From IMG/VR virus record IMGVR_UViG_3300033402_000312: a stretch of DNA of 64,000 nucleotides; one strand, given 5' to 3'. Position 1 is the first letter of the stretch, and every line of letters begins with the position of its first letter. The translations under genes were made by a program, and so were the position numbers. Shown here piece by piece: positions 53,983 to 61,448 of the stretch. The notes under the pieces are model-generated. The model was not told the origin of the DNA. It ran no database searches and saw only the letters and a program-made list of their open reading frames with translations. Source of the stretch: a virus.

Positions 53983-54693
53983 TTATTTTGGCGGTGCGAG
54001 TTCCGTAAAATTTTTGCCCCAACGGGTTGCAGCCGCTTTTCGTGAAGACCATTTCTTGTACGCATCGGAACGTGAGTCCCGCATAACCCTTTTCTGTGAT
54101 GATTTCCTGAAGACGAAACGGCGCACTCTGTGTCTCGGCCCACGCGGTCGTAAAGGCATACCGCTTTTCTTTAACCTGCGATGCACAGTCATTGGGCTGC
54201 ATTCAAATTTTTCTGCCAATTCCTTAATTGAAAGCCCTCCCCCATACAACTTGGCAAGCTTATCGTCTGCTATTCTATGAATCAACCGAAGGGGTTTTTT
54301 GATTGGTATTTTTCTCATCTTCCACCGAGACAAATAGGTGGCACCTTGCCTCAAAATTTTTGTATTATCCTTGGCTAAACCGAGCATGCGGTTGCAGAGT
54401 CCACAAAGCACACCTCGCACGCACTTTTCACAGAAGCGACCCGATGGACAGCATGTATGGTCATGGTCAACGTTCCAACTGTTCGGAACCGCCAAGCAAA
54501 GAGGTTTGCGGCATACCGGGCACCTGCCTTTTTGCCATTCCACTAAGCGTACCACCGGGAGTCCAAACAGCCCAAGTCGTCGGAAGGCGTTCATCTGCTT
54601 TACGTCGTGTAGTTCTTGGCAGGATAAGCACCAAAAACTTTCTACGCGACGTAGATTTTTGCCAATGTTTACGCTGTCAAGATATATTTCCAA
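53983..54693 (-). CDS. endonuclease VII family protein with C-terminal HTH
   Basis: CPVCRKPL...NVDHDHTCC...CEKCVRGVLCGLCNRMLG. HTH LSIKELAEKFECSPMTVHRRLKK. Convergent with the giant gene, 1 nt apart. Confidence 0.7.
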   Translation of the reverse strand: MEIYLDSVNIGKNLRRVESFWCLSCQELHDVKQMNAFRRLGLFGLPVVRLVEWQKGRCPVCRKPLCLAVPNSWNVDHDHTCCPSGRFCEKCVRGVLCGLCNRMLGLAKDNTKILRQGATYLSRWKMRKIPIKKPLRLIHRIADDKLAKLYGGGLSIKELAEKFECSPMTVHRRLKKSGMPLRPRGPRHRVRRFVFRKSSQKRVMRDSRSDAYKKWSSRKAAATRWGKNFTELAPPK

Positions 54694-54778
54694 GTTTTTT
54701 TGCTCCTTAAATTTCAGTTACTTACAAAACAATAATACCAAAACTTCAAGGGAAACGCGAATTTCCGAAAATGCGATT

Positions 54779-54820
54779 TGGTATAATGGGCGCGTAGTCG
54801 AAACTCGACAAGGAGGAAGC
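54779..54820 (+). promoter_or_regulatory. extended -10 promoter TGGTATAAT, 5-bp-arm inverted repeat (GTCGA-AAC-TCGAC) and RBS AGGAGG
   Basis: TGGTATAAT at 54779-54787. Palindrome at 54796-54808. AGGAGG at 54811-54816. ATG at 54821. Confidence 0.5.
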
Positions 54821-55063
54821 ATGACTTATTTGGTTAAGCGGAAATCGCGCCTGATCTTTACTACCGCCGACACTGTCCGGTACAAAGGCCGCGAACGGGA
54901 GATCGTGATCGAGGTCTCGCCGTTTATTGCCACCTGCCGACTGGCGGGGACGCGGACGCGATACGAAATGTCGTGGTCTGGAATTTTTCAGCATGCTGCA
55001 CGCGTGTACGCTGACAGGCTGCGTGCGGAGCGCAAAGCAAAAAAGAAAGGGGCGAGCCGATGA
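54821..55063 (+). CDS. hypothetical protein
   Basis: Strong RBS precedes the start. ATGA overlap with the next gene. Confidence 0.5.
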   Translation: MTYLVKRKSRLIFTTADTVRYKGREREIVIEVSPFIATCRLAGTRTRYEMSWSGIFQHAARVYADRLRAERKAKKKGASR

Positions 55064-55608
55064 GAGTCACGAACCGCACGAAATGGAGTACGCTGGACAT
55101 CATCAGGCTGGTGTACCGCATCGCGCAGGACGAATTGAATCCGGGCGGTTTGAAAAATGCCCACATCGCAATTAGGTACCGACGCGGAAACGGCATCAGC
55201 GGGCGGTGCTGTTACGGCACGATCCAAAACCCGAACGTCCGCATGAGGCTCAGCCTGCCGCGCATGCAGATTGACCCGGTTTCGCTGGCGATGGTCATTG
55301 CGCACGAGCTTGCGCACGCAAGGGGGCTGCATCACCGCGATATGAATGCAAAGCGGTACAAGTGGGGCGAAGGCTGGCGCGAGCTTTACGCCTACGCCAA
55401 GGATTTCCCCATCGGCATCAAGCCCGATCCCCCGAAGCCCACTCTGAACGACAAGCGCCGCGCAGAACTGACCAAGGCGCAGGGCATGGTCATCAAGTGG
55501 ACGCGCAGGCACAGACTCGCATCCACAACACTCAAAAAGTGGCAACGGAGGGTGAGGACTATCGAGCGTCGGCTAGTTGTCGCAGTTCCCGCCGCACCTT
55601 CCGCCTAA
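55060..55608 (+). CDS. putative zinc metallopeptidase (HExxH)
   Basis: MVIAHELAHARGLHH motif. Confidence 0.6.
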   Translation: MRVTNRTKWSTLDIIRLVYRIAQDELNPGGLKNAHIAIRYRRGNGISGRCCYGTIQNPNVRMRLSLPRMQIDPVSLAMVIAHELAHARGLHHRDMNAKRYKWGEGWRELYAYAKDFPIGIKPDPPKPTLNDKRRAELTKAQGMVIKWTRRHRLASTTLKKWQRRVRTIERRLVVAVPAAPSA

Positions 55609-55840
55609 CCTTCCTATGGTAGCGCCTTTTGCCGCGTGGGCGAATATGCTTCGCCCACTCCGGCGAGGGCGTTTGAGTGATCCCGTCTGGTTTCCCATAA
55701 CTTCCTTGAAGCAGCCCCTCCAGGCGCAGGTCTTTACGGAGTCCTTCGCTGCGCTTGTGCGGGTAGCGGGTCTCCAACTTGAAGCGTTCTTGCTTTTGAG
55801 TTGCCATGCGTGCATGGCAACCCCCCGTTTGACAAACCAA
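55559..55840 (-). CDS. hypothetical basic protein, tentative
   Basis: The ATG abuts the stop of the upstream minus-strand gene. Overlaps the 3' end of the plus-strand gene by 50 nt. Confidence 0.3.
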   Translation of the reverse strand: MVCQTGGCHARMATQKQERFKLETRYPHKRSEGLRKDLRLEGLLQGSYGKPDGITQTPSPEWAKHIRPRGKRRYHRKVRRKVRRELRQLADAR

Positions 55841-56554
55841 TCATCTCGTCTTGCTTGCCCATCTTTTGTCCAGTTCCCTTTGGGTTTTCCCGTTGACTTG
55901 CCGCTTGGCGGTCACGTCTTTGGCGTACTCGGGGAGGGCGATGCGCACGATCCTCACCTCCCCGTTTTCCTCTACCAAGTCCTCGTAGGAGTTCTTGAAC
56001 GTGTAGTGCTTGGTCTCGAACTCGAACCAATAACCTTCGATCTTCTCGTACCAGTGGTCGGCATTCACAAAGATTTTCGGGTTCGGAGCCTTGTACGGCT
56101 CCGGCTTCCACTTGTTGCGCCTCCGCCAATAGGCAGCCTCGGCGGCTCGTTCCGCCTCGGTTTTCTCGCGCTTCTCTTGCAGGGTGCCGTCCGTGTCCAC
56201 GAAGAACGGTCCGTAGCGCCCGTTGTGACCGACGTCGTAGTTGTTGGGCACGACATAAGACCAGACATGCTGCCGAAGGTGGTAGCCCCGGATGGCGCGG
56301 GAGTCCGCGAACGCGCAAATGTCCCGATACACGTCATCCCAAGGGCGACCGCAGTTCGCCTTCAGAAAACGCCAAAGCGGACGCGAGCGGTCGCCGAGTT
56401 CCTTATGGCCTTCTTGCCTGCGGCGGGCAGAAGAGATGAAGCGCGGCAGATCGTCCGCGTCCGCATTCTTGAAGCGAAAGCGGCGCGAGGAAGCTTTCCC
56501 GTAGCTGCCGCTGCGCCCGGTGTCAACGAGCAGGTCTTTCATGTCTTGACGCAT
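55841..56554 (-). CDS. hypothetical protein
   Basis: Trp/Tyr/Phe-rich, coding-like. The antisense ORF 55577-56599 is Leu/Pro/Val-rich and looks like an artefact. Confidence 0.55.
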   Translation of the reverse strand: MRQDMKDLLVDTGRSGSYGKASSRRFRFKNADADDLPRFISSARRRQEGHKELGDRSRPLWRFLKANCGRPWDDVYRDICAFADSRAIRGYHLRQHVWSYVVPNNYDVGHNGRYGPFFVDTDGTLQEKREKTEAERAAEAAYWRRRNKWKPEPYKAPNPKIFVNADHWYEKIEGYWFEFETKHYTFKNSYEDLVEENGEVRIVRIALPEYAKDVTAKRQVNGKTQRELDKRWASKTR

Positions 56555-56595
56555 CGCTTATTTCAATCTCCATACTCGCTGTCGCACTTGTCAGC

Positions 56596-57111
56596 CTAAT
56601 CTTTCCCCGTCTTGTAATCCCCGTAGAATTTCCATGCGAGCCTCGCAAGGCGAACAAGAGCTTCGTCAAAGGTGCTGGCTCCCGTGTCAAGGCGCGTGTC
56701 GTGAAAATGGCGGAGATAACTCCGGGCGTGGTCTTCCTTGGCCTCAAATTCGGGCTGGTTGTAACCGTACTCTAAAGGGCCGAATTCCAGCCAGCACTCG
56801 GCGTATTTGTTCTTGGTCTTGTCGTTATCAACTGTGCCGTGCCCGCCCGGCTTGTTGGTCTTGGCGTAGAAGATGTTGAGATTCTCTTCAATAGCGTGGC
56901 GAACGAGGCGGCGGCAAACGGCCCATGTATTTCCGCCCTCGTCCTTCACGAAGCGATAGTGCTTTGCGCTGAATTGTTTCGCGTGCTTCTCGTCCCTGAC
57001 TTCGATGCGCTCAGGCAGGCAAAGCCTGGGATGCCCGTACAGGAACCACCACGCCTCATAGCTGTTGGTGATCTTGTGGTAGTGCTTTTTCTTCATGTGT
57101 TTTTCCTTCAT
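56596..57111 (-). CDS. hypothetical protein
   Basis: 171-aa ORF. Confidence 0.55.
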   Translation of the reverse strand: MKEKHMKKKHYHKITNSYEAWWFLYGHPRLCLPERIEVRDEKHAKQFSAKHYRFVKDEGGNTWAVCRRLVRHAIEENLNIFYAKTNKPGGHGTVDNDKTKNKYAECWLEFGPLEYGYNQPEFEAKEDHARSYLRHFHDTRLDTGASTFDEALVRLARLAWKFYGDYKTGKD

Positions 57112-57329
57112 GGCAGGTTTTTTATCTCTTGCTTAAACGCCTTCACTTTGGGCAGGCACCTGCTGCACCAAAAATCATCATTATAGCCCGTGATGATGTG
57201 GTCGCCGAACCACTCCAGATGGGTGACGCAGCGGTCGCACAGCGATAGCTTGATCCGTCTATGCAATTTGGTGAGATCATCCTCACCGCTATGCATGGCG
57301 GCGAAAAGGCGGTTGTCCATCAGTCCCAC
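57108..57329 (-). CDS. small zinc-binding protein
   Basis: ATGA overlap. CDRC...CSRC motif. Confidence 0.45.
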   Translation of the reverse strand: MGLMDNRLFAAMHSGEDDLTKLHRRIKLSLCDRCVTHLEWFGDHIITGYNDDFWCSRCLPKVKAFKQEIKNLP

Positions 57330-58006
57330 AACGAGCGATAGTGCTCGACGAAGAGCTTCATGCCCTCTTCGAAAATCTTCTGGTCGCGCTCTTCAAGGAG
57401 GCGGGAAGCCTTGAAACGATCATCCTTGATCTTCTTCCAGCCTTCCTTGCTGACGCCCTCGGGGCGGTGCAGCGGATATTCCCCGAGTTCCTCCTCGTAA
57501 AGCCCCTCGTCCATGCGGCGGCTCGCCTCGAAAGCAGCGATCATTTTGTCCAATACCGCGTCCCATCGCGCCTCGGCGATCCTGAACTCCGGGTCGTCGT
57601 GGTAGCCCTGCTCGTTCACGGGGAGACCGTCGAACATAGGCGTGGGTATGCCGTGCTTGTCCTTCTTGAGCTTGCGGAGAATGTCTGGCATCATTCCGTC
57701 GAGCCACCAATCGATGCTCCATACGGCGCGGTCGTCCCAGCCGCGAGTTAGGCGCTGGTAGGCGAACTTGATTTTGCGGCAAGCGTCGCGGGGGTTGACG
57801 AGCCAATGGTTCGTCCAGAAGCGGCGGACTGCCCAGTACGCACGGGTGCGCAGGGGGTCTTTCTTCGGGTCTTTGTCGAAGATGTCCTCGAAAGGAATGA
57901 GCTTGGAATCGCCCGATGGCGGGGAATAGGGTTCGTTGCGCAGGTAGAAGTCCGCCCGGCGCAGTAATGCCTTGAGCTTCATGACAGTGCCCTCCTTAGG
58001 GTTCAC
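57320..58006 (-). CDS. hypothetical protein
   Basis: 228-aa ORF. Confidence 0.55.
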   Translation of the reverse strand: MNPKEGTVMKLKALLRRADFYLRNEPYSPPSGDSKLIPFEDIFDKDPKKDPLRTRAYWAVRRFWTNHWLVNPRDACRKIKFAYQRLTRGWDDRAVWSIDWWLDGMMPDILRKLKKDKHGIPTPMFDGLPVNEQGYHDDPEFRIAEARWDAVLDKMIAAFEASRRMDEGLYEEELGEYPLHRPEGVSKEGWKKIKDDRFKASRLLEERDQKIFEEGMKLFVEHYRSLWD

Positions 58007-58109
58007 TATAGAAATCTAACTGTCATGTGCTCCTCAAGGGGAAGTGTCCCAGTTCATCTACAAATACCAGCCAAAGTCCGAAAAGTCAAGAAGAAAAGTA
58101 AGTTCTCAC

Positions 58110-59087
58110 CTAAACCGATGGGCGATGGTGGTGATGGTGGTGGTGATGGTGGCGATGGTGCTTGTGGTGGTGCTTGTGGTGCTTATGTTTATGGTGTTTG
58201 TGGTGCTCATGGTGCTCGTGGTGCTCGTGGTGCTCGTGATGCTCATGGTGCCCCTCATCCACCAGCTTGCGCATCATTTGCGGCTTGCCCTGCGCTGCGT
58301 AGTAGCGGTGCGAAAGCTTGTTGTTCACGCCGAACTCGGGCTGGTTTTCCCACACGCGCTCGTTCCAGTGAACCCAGTCTTGTATCCCTTGCGAGCCGAT
58401 CTGCGGGTGCCACAGGTGCAAGACTTGGCTGGGCAGGGTCTTGTGAAGACCGTACAGGGTGTCCATGGCACGCATCGCGGCATGGTCCTCGCCGCCCCAG
58501 CCACGGAAGCGCACATCCCAGCCCCCCACAAGCTCGAATGCCTCGCGGGGCACGATTTGGATCATCGCCCCGTACCAGTGCCCGACGCCGGGATCGGTGT
58601 CCCCCAAAACGAAATCCGCTGGCGGAGGCGAGGAAAACCTGTAAGGCAATGCCGGGTCGGATTCCAGCAAGATGCGCGATGCCTTCTCCGTCAAACGATA
58701 GAACTTGCGGTAGGGGACGAACCACAGCTTATAGCCCATTCTCCGTGCGTGGCGGATTTCCTTGGCGCAATAGAGAACGACATCGGCGGGGACGTATCCG
58801 TCCGCATCCACGATCACAAACACATCGCCTGTTGCCCTGGACGCCGCATTGTTCACTGCCTCCGACTTGGAAAAGGGCCCCTCCGTGACCGGGTCGTCGC
58901 CTATGACAATTTCGGCACCCGGAAGCTGGGCAGCCCAGTACCTCTTGAGCCATTCAACGTTCCTCATACGGGGACTCGACGGGTCGGAGCAGCGGAACGG
59001 AATCAAAATGCTAACGCCATAGCCCCTGCGAAAGCGCGAGGAAAGCGCCGCGAGCGACAGTATCGCTATGAGCAAGGCGTATATCAT
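58110..59087 (-). CDS. family-2 (GT-A) glycosyltransferase with C-terminal poly-His/Glu/Lys tail
   Basis: DxD motif VIVDADG. GGWDVRFRGWGGEDHAAMRAMD (GT2 C-terminal motif). Tail of about 40 aa reading HHEHHEHH...HHHHHHHHH. Confidence 0.75.
   Translation of the reverse strand: MIYALLIAILSLAALSSRFRRGYGVSILIPFRCSDPSSPRMRNVEWLKRYWAAQLPGAEIVIGDDPVTEGPFSKSEAVNNAASRATGDVFVIVDADGYVPADVVLYCAKEIRHARRMGYKLWFVPYRKFYRLTEKASRILLESDPALPYRFSSPPPADFVLGDTDPGVGHWYGAMIQIVPREAFELVGGWDVRFRGWGGEDHAAMRAMDTLYGLHKTLPSQVLHLWHPQIGSQGIQDWVHWNERVWENQPEFGVNNKLSHRYYAAQGKPQMMRKLVDEGHHEHHEHHEHHEHHEHHKHHKHKHHKHHHKHHRHHHHHHHHHRPSV
58113..58260 (-). repeat. imperfect GTGGTG(C/A)T-type microsatellite encoding the poly-His tail
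   Basis: Runs of gtggtgctc / gtggtgatg units read directly from the sequence. Confidence 0.7.
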
Positions 59088-59890
59088 TTCAACTCCTTTC
59101 CAAGCGCCTTAAAGGCATCGTAAATTGCGAACTTTACGTCCTCAACATAAAACCTTTCGGGCAGCATCACTTTCCCCGTAACAAACGGCGTCCGTATCGA
59201 AGCGCTGTAGTCGCGGAACTTAAAGTCCCCGCCGTCCTTTGCCAGCTTCGAGCACATCTCTACCCGGCGCGGGATGCCGAAGGCGTCCGCTGCTATAAGG
59301 CCGTGCAACGAAGAAGTCACGATCTTGCGGCAAGCGCCGATTTGCCGCAGCACCCCAAGCGGGTCTCCCATCGGGTTGATGACTTTGACGGTATAAGGCT
59401 TAGGAATCAACGGGATAAACCTCCCCGCTAGCTCCTTATCCTGCCAGTGGGGCACGATCCCCAAGTCCCATTGCTTTTCCTGCGGGCCGACAAGCTCATC
59501 AGCCAGTATGCCGGGATCGCCCAAGGCGTAGCTGCCTGGTATCCCCCTCGCCGACAGCGGCCCCCGCACGGCAAGAATCTTGGCGGTCACGCCGGACTTA
59601 AGCTGCTGCAATTGCAGCCGGGAATCCTCGATCAGCCTGCCGGAGCCGAGGATATACCCGTCCCAAAGCGGGGGGATATGCTCAAGGATCGAACCCACGG
59701 AGGCTATCGAAGAATGGGAAATCGTGTCCCACTTGACCTTGATCTCGGCAAAACGCTCCAATAGGAGCGGGGATATGGTATCGCCAAAATTAGGGACTTG
59801 ATTCCACCAATAGGCCTTGAATACCCGGTTTCTGAAGGGGTTTATGAGCATCGCGTCTCGCTCCTCTACTAACGAAACGCACACATTCAA
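59084..59890 (-). CDS. polysaccharide pyruvyl transferase-like protein
   Basis: NFGDTISPLL near the N-terminus and KIVTSSLHGLIAADAFGIPRRVE near the C-terminus. Confidence 0.5.
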   Translation of the reverse strand: MNVCVSLVEERDAMLINPFRNRVFKAYWWNQVPNFGDTISPLLLERFAEIKVKWDTISHSSIASVGSILEHIPPLWDGYILGSGRLIEDSRLQLQQLKSGVTAKILAVRGPLSARGIPGSYALGDPGILADELVGPQEKQWDLGIVPHWQDKELAGRFIPLIPKPYTVKVINPMGDPLGVLRQIGACRKIVTSSLHGLIAADAFGIPRRVEMCSKLAKDGGDFKFRDYSASIRTPFVTGKVMLPERFYVEDVKFAIYDAFKALGKELK

Positions 59891-59928
59891 AATTTTTTGA
59901 CTTGCAGGAAGAGGGCGAAGCCAAGGGG

Positions 59929-60495
59929 TTAGTTGTGGTCGTTGTCGGCGTACTGCTCTTCGGTTGCAGCTTCCATTGCTGCATCATGCTGCTCGGCCAG
60001 GGCGTCCGTGCTTGCCTGCACTGTTGAAGTGTTCCCGAAGTTGTTGACCAAAGGCTCGACCACTGCGGCGGACGCAATGGTTGCTGGCGTCGGCTGCTCC
60101 GTTGCCTGCACGGGCTGTCCCTGCGGGGGCGCATCCTGAAGCTCGTACGTGAAAGCGAACTCCTTCGCAGTTTCGACGGTCTCGCCGTCCGCAACCTCCC
60201 ACTTGATGTTGATGCGCTTCTGCTGGAGGGACTCCATCTCTTCCTTCGTCAGCACGACTTTGTCGTTTAGCTTCCTGATAAGGCTTACTGCCAGCACCGA
60301 GAGGCGCTGGTTCTGACCGTAAAGCTCGCGGAACTGCCCGATGAACGAACCAATGACCGTGCTCGGGTCGTTCTTTAGATCGTAGTTTTCTTTCTCAAGC
60401 TGCTCAACGTACTTCCTGCACGACGAGAGCATCTGCTTCTTCAGCGTGTTGCGCTGCCGGATCGCGTCCAGCCCCTTCGATCTCCTGCCCATCAT
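59929..60495 (-). CDS. hypothetical coiled-coil protein
   Basis: 188-aa ORF. Confidence 0.5.
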   Translation of the reverse strand: MMGRRSKGLDAIRQRNTLKKQMLSSCRKYVEQLEKENYDLKNDPSTVIGSFIGQFRELYGQNQRLSVLAVSLIRKLNDKVVLTKEEMESLQQKRINIKWEVADGETVETAKEFAFTYELQDAPPQGQPVQATEQPTPATIASAAVVEPLVNNFGNTSTVQASTDALAEQHDAAMEAATEEQYADNDHN

Positions 60496-60824
60496 TCTCC
60501 CTCGTCGAACTCTTCGTCGAACCTGCTAACGTCCGTCCAAGACCCCTCGCCGAACCGCTTCTCGAACTCGTTGAAGCAGTCAACGCAAATCCAGATCACG
60601 GTGTCGCCCGTCTCGCTGACCTGCTTGTAGAACGCTGGCTTGCCGCACAGCCTCGCCCCGGCGTCGATCAGGCGTTGCTCGTCCACCATGTCGGTGACGG
60701 CGAAAGTTCCCTCCGGGAAGTCTGGCTTGAAGACCCTTTGGCAGGTAGGCATTATACTTGCTCCGGCTCGTTTACTACGATGTGCCAATAGCCCTTCAAC
60801 AGACCGTTGTTGAACGACAAGCAC
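60492..60824 (-). CDS. hypothetical protein
   Basis: ATGA overlap. CVDCFNEF motif. Confidence 0.5.
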   Translation of the reverse strand: MLVVQQRSVEGLLAHRSKRAGASIMPTCQRVFKPDFPEGTFAVTDMVDEQRLIDAGARLCGKPAFYKQVSETGDTVIWICVDCFNEFEKRFGEGSWTDVSRFDEEFDEGE

Positions 60825-60924
60825 ACGCTTTCGAACGGGATGCCAACCATCTCGGCTACTTCGTGAAAATCTTTCGCATCGTCCAAGAGGGCCTGCCTTA
60901 TCTCTTCTAGGTAAGGTGCCGCCA

Positions 60925-61200
60925 TTAGAGTTCTTCTTTCATAGCAGATGCGGCTCGAAGGGGCGCTCCGTGCTGCTCAAGGCACCGCACCGCGATGGCT
61001 GCGATTTTGCGCACGATCTCCAACTTCGCTGTGTCGCTATCGGACTTTGTCGCTGCCTCGTCCAACACCTTGCTGTACCGCCGGATGTAAGTCGCGAGCG
61101 CATCGATCTCGTGCGGGTTCTCGCCGAAAAGGTCGCGCTGGTAGGCAAGCTCCCCGTCGATGGCGGCATAGACGTTGCTGCGGGTTTCTCTGCCCATCAC
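60925..61200 (-). CDS. hypothetical protein
   Basis: 91-aa ORF. Confidence 0.45.
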   Translation of the reverse strand: MMGRETRSNVYAAIDGELAYQRDLFGENPHEIDALATYIRRYSKVLDEAATKSDSDTAKLEIVRKIAAIAVRCLEQHGAPLRAASAMKEEL

Positions 61201-61421
61201 TTTTGCTCCGGCTCGCCCCCGGAGAGCGGGAGTTCAAGCTGCGCCGTGTCCGCCTGCTCCGCCAAGACCTTGCCCAGCTTCGCGTCGAACAGGGGGTCGA
61301 TGTAGTGCTCCAACCCGTAGGAGTCGCGGTAGGTAAGCTCGGTGAGCTTGGTGAACTTCTCGCCGTCAACGACGAACGTGTCGCCGACTTTGAGAAGGGT
61401 AAGAAAGTGTTCGATTTTCAT
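61197..61421 (-). CDS. hypothetical protein
   Basis: ATGA overlap. Confidence 0.45.
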   Translation of the reverse strand: MKIEHFLTLLKVGDTFVVDGEKFTKLTELTYRDSYGLEHYIDPLFDAKLGKVLAEQADTAQLELPLSGGEPEQK

Positions 61422-61448
61422 TTAGTTGCTCCTCCCCTTTGATACTGC

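Noticed and set aside
55577-56599. 340-aa plus-strand ORF.
   Set aside because: Leu/Pro/Val-rich and antisense to a compositionally normal minus-strand gene (55841-56554).
58025-59123. Plus-strand ORFs of 287 and 359 aa rich in His/Val/Met.
   Set aside because: They mirror the GTGGTG repeat and lie antisense to the glycosyltransferase gene with its clear motifs.
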